Below, one piece after another: positions 1-12,603 of a stretch of 64,000 nt of DNA. Position 1 is the stretch's first letter. Each line of letters opens with the position of its first letter. A model generated the notes under the pieces. That model ran no database searches, was not told where the DNA came from, and worked only from the letters and a program-made list of their open reading frames with translations. The stretch is from Octopus sinensis (Eukaryota). A program made the position numbers and the translations under genes. Location of the stretch: contig NC_043011.1 in assembly GCF_006345805.1 (NCBI RefSeq), positions 39,320,464 to 39,384,463 of the forward strand, written 5' to 3'.

Positions 1-155
1 CCTTGGATAATATCGGTGGTGTCGAGAGGGGAGGCTGGTATGCATGGGCGACTGCTGGTCTTCCATAAATAACCTTGCCTCCACTTGTGCCTTGGAGGGG
101 AATTGTCTAGGTGCAATCCCTTGGGCATTCATGACCAAAGGCAGGGTCTTTACCC
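1..155 (+). mobile_element. 3' part of SINE family D
   Basis: ggggaggctggtatgcatgggcgactgctggtcttccataaa...ggtgcaatccc also present at 53900-54045 (+) and 62500-62660 (-). Confidence 0.75.
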
Positions 156-365
156 TATATCCAGCCCAGGTATTATAACTGTTTTATGTTCAAACTGGCC
201 ACATCTGGCTTCTTACACCAATCCTACAATATCATTCTAAAAAAAAAAAATTAACATTTACCACATCAAAGTCTCATAGCTACAAGATAATGCATGATCA
301 ATTGAAAACAATATGAATAAAAAAGCATTAATTTTAACAGAATAATATGACTGCTAAACGGTTAA
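150..365. mobile_element. TTAA/piggyBac-type MITE (TTAACCCTTTAGCATT-ended family), degenerate
   Basis: Core cctacaatatcattctaaaaa...gataatgcatga...aaacggttaa recurs at 13935-14625, 29545-29759, 36800-36930 and 51415-51598. Confidence 0.6.
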
Positions 366-502
366 TATTGATACATTGCTAGAAAGCAAATTCTGTAGAG
401 TCACTGTTGCTTATATCTTTCTGTCTTTGATATATTCATCGGTATGTATGTGAATATATAAAAATGCTTGCATATTGCTATTTGCATGAGTGTAGACACA
501 CT

Positions 503-544
<42 letters not shown>

Positions 545-959
545 AATGCAAATATGTGTGTGTCTGTGTGCAGATAGGTATCATTGTATACATGTGGATG
601 TTTTACATGTGTGTGTATGTGTACACAAATAGGTGGTTGCATGCATATATATACATGCATACGCATACAAAGCCATGTGTATATCTGTGTGTGGATAAGC
701 GTTCGTGTATATCTATACATATGTGATCAGATCAAGTGAGTGTGATCAGGTGATTGTGACAATGATAATAAAAGTAAAATGGTACTGATGGCATTGACCG
801 TGGTTTCTTGTTAATGTTAGTATTATTATTGTTGTTGTTGTTGTTGTTTAGCTCTAAATTTATTGCCATTCAGTAAAACCTATACCAAAAAGCATTTACC
901 TATACCAAAAAGCATTTCAACCATGACCACCTCATCTTTTCCACATATGTATATATAAT

Positions 960-1100
960 CATCATTATCAACATCATTTAATGTCCATTGTCCATGCTGG
1001 CATGGGTTAGACGGTTTGACCAGGGCTAGTAATCAGAGGGGCTGCACCAGACTCCGGTCTGATTTGACATGGTTTCTACAGCTAGATGCCTTTCCTAACA
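960..1100 (-). mobile_element. 5'-truncated RTE LINE 3' UTR copy
   Basis: Reverse complement of the ...ggcatccagctgtagaaac...cccatgccagcatgga...gatgat tail seen attached to an RTE ORF end at 58590-59230. Confidence 0.65.
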
Positions 1101-1310
1101 TGACATACAAGCAAGCACGCACACACACACACACACACACACTCTCAACCATCTCCTATGGATGTATATCAGCAGCAGACAAAATTTGGCCAGAGGTGGC
1201 TGGTGAGAATGCTAGATGCGCATTTCTGCGGTGTTGCATTTTGTCAGTGACATGCACTCACTGTCAACTGCATATTAAGATGAATTTCTTTTTGGGCATA
1301 CATTGATTTA

Positions 1311-1700
1311 GGCATAGGTGTGGCTGTGTGGTAAGTAGCTTGCTTACCAACCACATGGTTCCAGGTACAGTCCCACTGCGTAGCACCTTGGGCAAGTGTC
1401 TTCTACTATAGCCTCGGGCCTTCCAAAGCCTTGTGAGTGGATTTGGTTGACAGAAACTGAAAGAAGCCTGTCGTATATATGTATGTGTGTGTATATGTTT
1501 TTGTGTCTGTGTTTGTCTCCTCAACATCGCTTGACAACCGATGCTGGTGTGTTTACATCACGGTAACTTAGCAGTTCAGCAAAAGAGACCAATAGAATAA
1601 GTACTGGGCTTACAAAAATAAGTCCTGGAGTCAATTTGTTCAACTAAAGGTGGTGCTCCAGCATGCCTACAGTCACATGACTGAAACAAGTAAAAGAGTT
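1311..1700 (+). mobile_element. tRNA-derived SINE family A (full length)
   Basis: Head with A-box-like TGGCTGTGTGG and B-box-like GGTTC(A)GTCCC, ggcaccttgggcaagtgtct core, internal (TA)/(TG) microsatellite, tail ctccagcatggcc.cagtc.atgactgaaacaagtaaaagag. More than 15 copies in the window. Confidence 0.9.
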
Positions 1701-2499
1701 ACGAATAAAAGAGTACATGACTACAGTTTAGTTCTTATTGAACCTCATCAGTGAAGCATAGCCTTATAAAACTTCAGAATGAGTGAGGGAATATGAAGTT
1801 TATTTTGTGTGTTGGTGTTTGTCTTTTAACTTTTATCTTTTACTTGCATCAATCATTGGACTGCAACCATGCTGGGGCACCCACTTGAAAGGTTTTCGTC
1901 AAACCAATCAACCCCAAAATGCGTGAGATCATCTGTTGATGCCCTTTTATTGGTTTGTGTTGCTACCTGACTTTTATTTGATCTGGATGATCTAGATGCA
2001 GGGACAGAGATGGAATCCCAGTGGGTGAGGTAATAAAACTCAGAATGTTTCAATAAACCTGATTGGTGGTGGTGATGGGATAGCTACTTGGGAAGGTTAG
2101 TTCTACTGATTCCCTTAATTGCTGCTGATTAAATGGCAAACGGTTGCCAAAGAGAGGAGCAAGACCCCGTATGCATTCATCACATTAATGGCGAAAGAAG
2201 GAAGGAATCTGTTTGATTTATGTAGGAGGAAGAGGAGGTAGAGGTGAAGAATTTTTTTTTTTTAAATGTCAGAGACCAACTTTTTTTTTGTTTTTAGTTC
2301 TTAAACATTTTGCTCGTTAAGCATTGCAGCTAATGAAGGAAAGGATAAATTAGCAAGAGGAATTTCTCAAGGTCACCCTCATGATTGAAATTATAGTTAA
2401 GTTGATATTTTGTTATTTAATGTAAGGGATGTTATTGAAAGAAAATAAAAAGATTCTCTGAAAAAAGAACTGATTAGAAATAATTGTGCAGTGTGGGAG

Positions 2500-2660
2500 A
2501 GCATTCCCAACCATCCATCCATGCCAATGGGTAGGGGACCTCAGGGTAGACCAAGAATGAGGTGATTGGATAATATTTAGTTTCATGATTGGTCGTGTTT
2601 GGGAATCCAGCCAAAAAGTATAATGAAGGTTGCTTCTGATAAGACCCTATGAAGAAGTTC
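2500..2660 (+). mobile_element. RTE-clade (Rex3/Expander-like) LINE 3' ORF remnant
   Basis: Degenerate translation GRGPQGRPRMR*LDNI / HDWSCLGIQPKSIMKVASDK resembles the RPRGRPRTRW.D....LAW.RLGI.P C-terminus of RTE ORFs. Confidence 0.55.
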
Positions 2661-2722
2661 AGGATTCTACCCTCCTCAAAAGAGTGGATGAAGAAAATGG
2701 ATGAATACATATTTAGTAATTA

Positions 2723-3519
2723 CTAGCAGTATCGCCCGGCTCGTGCGTTCTATGCACGCGCAAATTAAGCTAAACTTGGATGAAGTTCAATCAAAATTCA
2801 ATTATTTTGGTTTTAAAATCAAGCATTTAATGCCCTCTATTTTTGCGCTTATGTGTTCCATTTCCTCAATAGGAAGTACGTAGAAGCGTTTCATAAATTT
2901 TTGTTGATCAAATAATTGCATTGTTGAATTATTCTTTTAGATCAGTATTTCTCAACGGGGATTTCAGGGGAGAGTTTCAGGGAGTCGCTGGAGATGTATC
3001 GTGATGATCAAAAATCCAGCCTGCTAAAATTTGGTTAAAGTGCAGACTCAACGCAAAATGGTCACATTTAATTCAAAGCGTTAAAAATGTTATGAAAACA
3101 ATTGGTATGTGTTCACAAAGTCCAAACGATTAATACGAAACAACCCTCCAGGCTACATCCCCAAAATTCATTTCTTTGCCGAATTTCTACAATGTTTATG
3201 GCAATTCGTTTTTATATCTTGATTTTTTTATTTTTCATGCAATTTACGCATGCTTGCACGTGTGGTGAACACAGTTCACGTCAAACAGCTGACTAAGTAA
3301 AGTTCACTATTCAATGCATGGGATAAGGCCTAAACAAACACATTATCGATTTTTGCACTTGCGAGATGAATTTCGGAACAGAAATAGCGCAGTTCAATTT
3401 TCATTCGCCTAAACTTTAAGTGACCAATTTTTGGTGGTTCTACGATTTGTTGGCCAGGAGGAGATGTGCCAGGAAGTTAAACACACAGACACACAAGTTG
3501 AGTTTTATATATATATAGA
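2723..3519 (-). mobile_element. Non-autonomous Helitron
   Basis: Minus strand reads A|TCTATATATATATAAAA ... gccgggcgatactgCTAG|T: 5'-TC, 3'-CTAG, subterminal GC-rich hairpin, inserted between A and T with no TSD. Confidence 0.8.
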
Positions 3520-4658
3520 TTTCAATATGACTTCAGCATGTATGTTGGAATTTTCTGCCTTCCTGATGAAGTCATGCTAAGGCTGAAACATGCTTCAGGT
3601 TGTCTCCCATGCATGCTGCAATACTTAAAATGAAATATTAGTCATTGACTAATATTGTCTTTTTGGCATTACATAATATTTTTTGTTTTTGTAATTAGCT
3701 TTTTAATGCTCGCTGCATTAATAACTATTGTAACGTCAACTTGTTAACGATGGATAGCTTACTAATTAATGAGAATCCTTGAATTAATTGATAATTTTAC
3801 TGGCCACCCCTGTATCTTTTCACAATAAAATAATGGCACCCTTTAACATTATTTTCATTTGGTTTTTTTTTTTTCGTTTCAGCCTTTTCTTTTTTATATA
3901 TTTTGTCCCCTTTCAAAACTAGAAATAAATATCTGTTGGAGTGTAACAGCTGTTCATGTGGAATATTTGAACTGTGTCCGACTGATGTTAGTTTTTTCTG
4001 GTTAGTCAAAAAAAAAAAAAAAACGGGGGGGGAGAGGGGAGCAAGAAGTAGCAAAAAAAAAGGCACAAAAAAAAAGAAAAGAAAAAAGAAAAAGTGCAGA
4101 AGAATTATCGCTCGCTGACAATAATTCAATTAACAGTCACCAAAGCACTACTCTAACAGACCAGAATTCCTTTTGATCAGTGAACAGGGTGACTGCAATT
4201 TTTTCCAGCTGACATTATAAATGGCAACGAGGCTACTTGCCAGAACACAAAAGCTTTAATAATTCGTTTAGTTTTATTCTATTTATTATTTAATTTCCTT
4301 TTTATTTACGTTTTTGTTATGTTATGCTTCATTCATTTTCGTTCTTGTATTTTGATAGTCTCTTTGTACTGCTGGCGACATCTTTTAGAAGAATTTCTGC
4401 TAATTTCTGGCAGTTATATGCTGGATAAAAGGTAGTCGTTGCAGTAGTTTAGTCCCACTCCTGTCAGGTCAGTTCTAATCGATAAGACCAGTATATGGTC
4501 AATGGCACTCTAGCTATAACCCTTGTCTTTTGTTTATTTTTTGTAAAGAATTTTTTTGATAACAATAACATATCAGGGTGTGACAAGAGGGAAGTTTTAA
4601 TATTATTTCTAACAGGTCAAATGGCCACTTTAGAAGGCTTTCCTGCAGCAGTTGTTAT

Positions 4659-5110
4659 TTAACACTTTTGATATCAAATCACCCAAGACCACCTCTGGAT
4701 CTATGATACAAATTTCCTGTTTTAAAGAGGTCTAAATTAAAACCTTCAATCAAAAAAATGCCACATTATGTTCCAGCTGCAACTTACAAATGACAAAATT
4801 ATTCTCACAAATTCTTCATCTTTTTCGAAATTAATCAAAAGAGAGGCAGTGCATTTCAACAGAAATATGATGACAAAAGGGTCAGCCCTTTCGATACCAC
4901 CTAGCTTGAAACCAACCCTTGTTGTATTTGTATCATACAAATTTCTTGTCTTAAAGCGATATAAATCAAAATGTCCCATCGAAATTCCATGTTAATTTTG
5001 GTGCCAAATACCAGCTTAATAGCGACATTTATTTTAATAAATTCTTCATTATTTTCAAAATTAATGAACAGGTATTTGTGTCATAGAACCAGAGGGCAGC
5101 TTCAGGTTAA
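4659..5110. mobile_element. Two head-to-tail TTAA-type MITE copies
   Basis: TTAAcacttttgata...gacaaaaggg|tcag|ccctttcgatacc...ggTTAA. Both units share an aaattcttcat.at.tt.caaaattaat core related to the 32886-33986 array. Confidence 0.55.
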
Positions 5111-5477
5111 CTGTCATCGAATGGGGGGTGTTTTGTTGCAAATGACAATCTTAAGAATGAAAGTGGTTAGTCAACGTTTCCGAAATTCTTCCAGTTTCTA
5201 AAGCATCATCATCATCATCACTTAATGTGCATTTCTTCATGTTTGCTTCAGTCAGACAGAATTTGTTGAGATATTTTCTTCAGCCAGATACTCTTCTGTT
5301 GTCAATCCTCACCTGTTACCAAACGAGGAGATGTTGTCCCCATGGCTGCACATCATTTTCATAAAAGACTGGAAATAAACAACATCGCTTGTATGACAGT
5401 GGTGCTCATTTACAACCACCACATGATGTCTAGACACCTGTACACTCACACACATACACAGAAGCTACTTTCAGTTT

Positions 5478-5707
5478 CTTATTTCTTTATTGCCCACAAG
5501 GGGCTAAACATAGAGGGGACAAACAAGGATAAAAGGATTAAGTCGATTCCCTTGACTTCAGTGCGCAACTGGTACTTAATTCATCAACTCTGAAAGAATG
5601 AAAGGCAAAGTCGACCTTGGCGGGATTTGGAACTCAGAACGTAACGGCAGATGAAATACCACTAAGCATTTCACCCGGCATGCTAACATATCTGCCAGCT
5701 CGCCACC
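5478..5707 (-). mobile_element. SINE family C
   Basis: Reverse complement of the ggcgagctggcaga...gttctgagttcaaat...gcctttcatcctttcggggtcgataaattaagtaccag element at 53480-53710. Confidence 0.85.
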
Positions 5708-6314
5708 TTTCAGTTTCTGTCTTTAGTCAGCCTGGGCTGTAGCAGAAGATACTTGCTTAAGGCGACATGTGGTGGGACTGAACCCCAATAGTGCCACGCT
5801 TGCATCTGCCATACTTACAAAAATAATTGAACAAGCATGCATTGTAAAGTATCCCTTTAGAAATGTGATCTCAAGACTAATAAAACAAAGGTGTAATTTG
5901 AATGAGAATTGGTTGCCATTTCTAGCATGTCTAATTACCGTATAGAGCCTGTGTTAGCTCTTTCATCTAGCATTCAGCAAAAGACAGCATATGGTTCAGA
6001 AGTAAGCCACATGAAACAATTAGTTAGTCATGGCAACATTTGTTACATTCAGAAATAAATATTTACATTATTCATCACAGAGCTGACACAGTCCACAGCA
6101 CATCAGGCAAAATGTCCATTAGCCTTTCTTCTGGCTCTTGATGTTCTGAGTTCAAATTCTTCTAAGGTTGATTGTGCCTTTCATCTCTTCAGGGTCAATA
6201 AAATAAAGTACCAGTAATGTATTGGGGTTGATGTAATCATTAACACCCCACTCCCCACACAAATCCCACTTGAAATTGCTAGCCTTCTTGTAACAAAACT
6301 TGAAATTCCTTTAT

Positions 6315-6690
6315 TCTTTTATTTGTTTCAGTCATCTGACTGTGGCCATGCTGGAGCACTGCCTTTAGTCGAGCAATTCGATGCCGGCACTTATTCTCTG
6401 TAAGCCTAGTACTTAATCTCTCTGTTTCTTTTGCTGAACCACTAAGTTACGGGGACGTAAACACACCAGCATCGGTTGTCAAGCGATGTTGGTGGGGACA
6501 AACACAGACACAAACATACATACATATACGGGCTTCTTTCAGTTTCCGTCTATCAAACCCACTCACAAGGCTTTGGTCAGCCCCAGGCTACAGCAGAAGA
6601 CACATGCCCAAGGTGCCACTCAGTGGGACTGAACCTGGAACCATGTAGTTGGTAAGCAAACTACTTAGCACACAACCACTCCTGCGCGCT
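6315..6690 (-). mobile_element. SINE family A
   Basis: Reverse complement of the 1311-1700 element. Confidence 0.9.
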
Positions 6691-6729
6691 TATGTTTATT
6701 ATTATTATTATTATTAGAATAGTTTGGCT

Positions 6730-7130
6730 GCTAAGCGGTATTTCACCCATCACTATGTTCTGAGTTCAAATTCTGCTGAGGTCAACTTTGCCTTTCATCA
6801 TTTCGGGGTCGCTAAATTAAGTACCAGTGAAACACTGGGATTGATGTAATTGATTAGTCCCCTCCCCACAACTTTCAGGCCTTGTGCCTCTTGTAGAAAA
6901 TATTATTATCATGGTGGCGAGCTGGTGGAATCGTTAGCGCGCTAGATGAATTACTTAGTGGTATTTTGCCTGTCACTATGTTCTGAGTTCAAATTCCGCC
7001 GAGGTCCGCTTTACTTTTTATGCTTTCGGGGCTGATAAAATAAATACCAGTTGAACACTGGAGTCAATGTAATTGACTCATCCCTCCCCTAAAACTGTTG
7101 CCCTTGTGGCAAAATATGAAGCCATTATTA
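6730..7130 (+). mobile_element. Two tandem SINE family C copies separated by (ATT)n
   Basis: Each has gttctgagttcaaatt...gaggtc.actttg...ttcgggg...taccag followed by a different tail and an ATT repeat. Confidence 0.8.
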
Positions 7131-7384
7131 TTATCATTATCATCTTCCAATTCTGTTTCCATTTCTTGCTGAGTGTCTTCATGACACATAGGGCAGAGAA
7201 ACTCACTGTAGACATTGGTAGGCTGTTAAAAGAAACACACAGGACTGTTCATTTACAATGTCATGATATAGAAAAAATGGAAGCACCAGTTGATATAGTT
7301 GAGATACCCTTTTCTTCAAAATTGCTGGCCTTGTGCCAATATTAGAAACCATTATTTTTATTATTACCATTATTATTTCTCTTT

Positions 7385-7775
7385 ATCACAGGTTTTGTTG
7401 GAGGCCCTAGAGTCTTGCGTGCGAAGCAGGCTTGCTACCTTCAGCCTATGATACCGTGCTGTCTGTTCTTTTCAGCTATCTAATGCTATCTTGATTCTTC
7501 TGGCCATGCCAAGGAGGCAAACTTTTTGTAACAGTTCTATTGGGCACTCTATTCCAATTTCCTTTACATTCCCCTTGATGCCCTCTGTTACTGTTCCCAA
7601 TGACCCAATGATACTGGGCGCTATGTTCACCTTCTTAATTTTCCATTGCCGTGCTATTTCATACTTAAGAGGATTGTATCTATCTATCTTTTCACCTTCC
7701 TTCTTGGCTATTCATAGGTCAAAGGAGCATGCTACATCAGTTAGAATTTTCTTCTGGTCAAGTAGCCCACCCCGC
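7385..7775 (-). mobile_element. R4/Dong-clade non-LTR retrotransposon, restriction-like endonuclease C-terminus plus 3' UTR
   Basis: Minus-strand translation DVACSFD..IAKKEGEKIDRYNPLKYEIARQWKIKKVNIAPSIIGSLGTV...LLQKVCLLGMARRI; (TTA)n on the left flank. Confidence 0.75.
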
Positions 7776-7789
7776 TCAAAAGGTCCTTG

Positions 7790-8022
7790 AATAAGGATTG
7801 TTTAAAGATGTCGAACAAACCACCCATGTTTCCAAAGGTGAATTATCCAAATCTCCAAGAATTCCTTTCAATACACGGCTATGGTGCTCCCCCACTACTT
7901 TTGCTCGTGATCAGAGATGCACATATTGTCAGCCACTAAGGGATATATGCTCAACTGGTTACGGTCAAACAACTGACAAGCAAATCTGTGGTATTGAGCA
8001 GAATATTTGCTGTAGCCCATAT
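7790..8022 (-). mobile_element. Interspersed repeat family I (SINE-like), inverted relative to 8731-8990
   Basis: 7858-8020 is the reverse complement of 8827-8987 (atgggctacagcaaatattct.ctcaataccacagatttgcttgtcagttgtttgacc...). Confidence 0.75.
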
Positions 8023-8550
8023 TATTATTATTATTATTATTATTAACAGGACTTGTGAAAATTCCACAGTGTAAGTCAGCATATTTGCAAACATTAAGTG
8101 AATATATTAACCACAAGCAAAGAATTTCAGAAAATTCTTTTGAAACTGTGTCATTTAATCAAAACTATACTTTTAAATATAATTGAAATGAACTTAGAAG
8201 GATTTGCTTATTTACCTTCTTCTAATATGCTTGACAGATATAATTTACTTTATAGCTTAAGGAAATAAAAGATGAATTAAAAAGATAAAACACACACACA
8301 CATACACATATGTTACACACATATCCAGCTACCATGAAGGCTTAGTCCAACTTACTTATCAACTGAGGTTGTTTGTATTTCTTTTCATTTCATTTTACTT
8401 TCAGCTACCTGTCTATTTGTATACCTATCAGTTTATCTAGCTATCTAAATATCAATCTATGTCTGTCTGTCTGTCTATTCATTCCTCTATCTACTCTCAT
8501 AATACTGATAAGCATTTGAACCTAATAATAACAAAATAATAATAATAATA

Positions 8551-8730
8551 ATACAGAAAATTGCACTACTAAGCACTGCACACATCCTACGCAGAACACT
8601 TTCCATACAATAACCATCAGAGCATCACAACAAATCACAGCACATACCCAAGGCACACAGAGCTGCGCTCGGTAGTGAAGTGAAAGCACGCTATAAAAAT
8701 AAAACTACTGAATAATAATAATAATAATAA
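8551..8730 (+). mobile_element. Severely 5'-truncated R4/Dong element 3' end inserted in (AAT)n
   Basis: Encodes IQKIALLSTAHILRRTLSIQ* (R4 ORF C-terminus), then 3' UTR. Flanked on both sides by (AAT)n. Confidence 0.75.
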
Positions 8731-8990
8731 ATGCCCTGAGGCAGTACCAAGCACTGGCTCTCGTGGCTTCTGATCTTAACTGATTGGAAGTGTTATCATG
8801 TACATTGTTTTGTCTTGGTATAAAAGATGGGCTACAGCAAATATTCTACTCAATACCACAGATTTGCTTGTCAGTTGTTTGACCTTAACCAGTTGAGCAT
8901 ATCCCTTAGTGGCTGACGATATGTGCATCTCTGACCACGAGCAGAAGTAGTGGGGGAGCATCATAGACGTGTGTTGAGAGGGATTCTCTG
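8731..8990 (+). mobile_element. Interspersed repeat family I (SINE-like)
   Basis: Inverted partner of 7790-8022. Confidence 0.7.
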
Positions 8991-9039
8991 GGGTATCCAC
9001 CCCCACTAGGTCCTGTCTGTTACCCTCTTGCACCTGATC

Positions 9040-9500
9040 TGTTTGGATTAAGAAATCCTAGAGTATTTTGCTAGTCTCTGACTTTGCCACTCACTGTGGT
9101 TTTGCTCCTCCCACATCTTGCCTTTCTCTAGCCCCCACTTTGAGCACAGTTCCAATGTAACACTTTTGCTACCTGATAATGTCACCACAACTTGTAGTGG
9201 TTTAGGTTTGGGGCAAGTCCAGAGCTTTTGTTCGTGATATGGGCAATGGTTTCATCTACTCTACTGCAGATGCAGCACAGCAGAGACACTTGCTCACCTC
9301 CAGTACATGACCAAAACTTGGTCTTGTGCTGCCAATAGTGCTGTCAGTCTCTCTTTTTTTTTTTGTTTTAGTGTTCCTTTCATCAGCTGATCCCACCTAC
9401 TTTTTCCAGCAACTTCTGTTGTGGCTACATGGAATTGCTTGTGTAGTCCCTTGTAGAATTCTTCTTCATGTCCTTTGTGTACTTCTTCCTTTGTTTTCCC
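9040..9500 (-). mobile_element. R4/Dong remnant (post-RT / CCHC region)
   Basis: Degenerate translation KGLHKQF...WDQLMKGTLK..ERLTALLAAQDQ...DETIAHIT...VAKVLHW... Confidence 0.65.
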
Positions 9501-9669
9501 TAGCGGTTCGGCAAAAGTGAGCAATAGAATAAGTACTAAGCTTACAAAGAATAAGTCCTGGGGTTGATTTCTTTGACTAAAGGCAGTGCTCCAGCATGGC
9601 CACAGTCAAATGACTGAAACAAGTAAGAGAATAAAAGAAAGTAAAAGAAATGTTTGTTTATATTGTCCT

Positions 9670-10625
9670 TTATGATCATATTCTGGACTTGCTTCAACAT
9701 TATGATCAGTCTTTATGGAGAAGCCTCACACTATTTCATAATTCTTGTTTTCTATCACAACCTCTGATTTGTATTGATACCACTTTTTTGTTATATTAAA
9801 GCTACACACAGCTAATATCCCAATGTACTCTTTTGCCTACTTCAATGATCCAACACAGTCATATCTGTGCTTATACTCCTTTCATGCTAGTAAACTGCAC
9901 TCATTCAAAAGGTGATTGATACTTTCATCTCCATTCCATTCCTACAGATTCTACATTTACTGTTTGTGTTTCATCAATCTTTGCTTCCATCACATTTGTT
10001 CTAAGGGCTTGTTCTTGAGCAGCTATAATTTTGGTCTCTTGTTTCAGGTTCCTGTCTGTCAACCAGAGCCAGTGATCTTTACTTCCAGCATTCTCAGTCT
10101 GTTGCACGAATTGGTTGTCATTCCATTTCTTTCCATTTGCTTGTCCCGATGTTCTTTTTTTCTCTTTGAATTCTCTTATTGTTTCAGTTGCTTTTTAGGT
10201 ATCTCTAGCTGCCAATAGTGCTCTTTCTTTACTCTTCATAATGTAATTTTTCAGACCCAGTATCACAGTTCTAACAATATCTTCTGCATTTAGTAGTCCT
10301 TTGCCACATACCGTTCTTGGTAGTCAAAATCGGTTAGTATTACTTCTGGGGTGGATTGTCTTGTACAATGGGAGCAGCTTTTTAGTTCTTCCATCCAAGT
10401 TCTGTAGCTCAGCCTTTTCAATTTTAGAAAGGAGCCGAGTATCTTAATATTGACGTAGTCCATGTACTTATGGCTTCAATGATGTTCCCTCCCCCCATTT
10501 AATTTTGTTTTGTGCACCTTCATAATTCTTTTCTTGTACTCTTTCATGACTTCCTCTCATTTCTTTTCCATTATCCTATCTTCTTGCAGCACTCCTAAGT
10601 ATTTGTACCCACCTCGTTGTTCCAC
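9670..10625 (-). mobile_element. R4/Dong remnant (RT thumb to zinc-knuckle region)
   Basis: Translation GYKYLGVLQEDRIM...KLNGGGNIIEAISTWTTSILRYS...ELQNLDGRTKKLL..YKTIHPRSNTNR...WLWLTDRNLKQET.IIAAQEQALRTN..AKID, with stops and frameshifts. Confidence 0.8.
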
Positions 10626-10644
10626 GGCAATCTAAGTAGGTATG

Positions 10645-10777
10645 TAGTTAGATAGATAGACAGATAGATGCATAAATAGACACAGAGAGAGATAGGCAGG
10701 TAGATATGTAGACAGATAGATGGATGGACTGACGGATAGGTAGATATATAGATAGATTGACACAGATGGATGGATGG

Positions 10778-10808
<31 letters not shown>

Positions 10809-11115
10809 GACAGACAGATGGACAGAGATAGGTAGATAGATGGTTAGTGGTTAGACACACAGATAGATAGATGATTAGACAGATAGATAGATAGACAGAT
10901 AGATAGATAGATAGACAGATAGATAGATGGACAGATAGATAGACAGACAGACAGATATATGGTTTGACAGATAGATAGATGGTCAGACAGACAGACAAAT
11001 AGATAGATATACATTGGTAGATAGAGGAAGATACAGATGGATAAAGATAGTGATAGATAGGTAAACACGTTGATAAGTAGACACAGGATTGTAGGTAGAC
11101 ACGTTGAGAAGTAGA
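10645..11115. repeat. Compound (GATA)n/(GACA)n/(GGAT)n microsatellite
   Basis: Directly visible; it generates the YLSI-rich pseudo-ORFs. Confidence 0.95.
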
Positions 11116-12525
11116 CAAGCAGGGATGTAACTAGTCAGATAGCGATATAGGTGGGTAGTTATGTAGAAAGATAAATAAAGATCTTTGAGAGATAAAAAGG
11201 CGTAGCTGTGACCAAGATATCAATTAACATTTCAGTCCATACATATACTTCGGGACACTTGCTCTTTCTTATCTTCCGAGTTTTTGAATTCCAATTGACT
11301 TACGTTCACAGCATGCTGCAATGCTTCTCCGCCATCCCCACTCATTAAAAATTCATAGCTTCTTACCATTTTCCAATGCCTCTCTCTAATTATTCAATTA
11401 CTATTCTGGCTATTCTGCCATTATTTTCATCAACTTGCTCCAATATTCGTGTCATTTCCATGGTATGGAAACGAGGCAGTTCCAAGGCAACCGTCATCAA
11501 ACCAAGATAACTTAAGACTTTATTTCTTTGGCATTCTCTGGTTCCTGTCTTTCCTTTCTTTTTTTTATTGTATTTCTTTCCTTCCTTTTCTTTTGGTTTG
11601 TTTTGCTTTTGGCTTTTTCGGTTTTTTATTTTGTTGTTTGTTTCCTTTGCCATCCTCCTCCTCCTCCGTCATTGTCTTTCTGTATCATCTTCCTTCATAA
11701 TCATACATCATCATCTGTCATCATTATCCTCTCCATCATAATCATCATCATCACCACTATGCCACCACTATCATGATATAACTACTACTATATATATATA
11801 TATATATATCCAGTACCATAGCCATCATCATCATCATAAGATTGTCATCAGTATCACCACCACTGTCAACACCATCACCATCATCATCATTGTCAGCATC
11901 ATGATCACCTTATTGGAATGAAATAAGCCAATCATCTCTGGAAGCCTTAAAGCAATGGGGGTTGTGGCTGGAGAGTAAGGTGTCAATGGATGAGGACACA
12001 CAGACAGAAAGAGTGAGGAGAGAGAGAGTGAGGGGCCAGTTTGAAATAAAAAATTTCCTCTTGTTGTTCATACAATTACAAGTTTTGTCTGCTTCCTTCC
12101 TCCCTTCCTTACTTCCTTCTCTCTACCCCTGTCTCTTCCTCCTACTCCTCCCCATTCTCCCCATCTCCCTACAGTCAGTTGTCTGTCTGCTTTGGTAAAT
12201 CAATTGGAATCCCCATTAGATAACATATTGGCCTCTTTGACCTCCGAGGTCAAGTCGGAGGTCATTCTTGCTGATCCACTCTATCAGCAGGCACTGTCTG
12301 TTGTGTCCTTGAGCAAGGATAACATCCCCCTCACTCTTTCCCTCTTTCTCTCTTTGACTCTCCCTCTTTGTCTCTCTCTCTCCCCAATTCATTTATTTTA
12401 TCAAGTTTCAACATCTGTAAATATGTGTTCTAAGAATTTAAGTAGCATGGTAAGGAAAGACATGTCACATTGACATGACCGGTTGTTTTGCCATCGCTGT
12501 CATCGGCTCCATTGTCAATGGTAAC

Positions 12526-12603
12526 ATCATCACCATCTCCATACAATCGCTATCATCACCATCTCCATACAATCGCTATCATCACCATCTCCATACAATC
12601 GCT
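12526..12603. repeat. 26-bp minisatellite x3 (atcatcaccatctccatacaatcgct)
   Basis: Three perfect tandem copies within a (CAT/CAC)n-rich tract. Confidence 0.95.
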
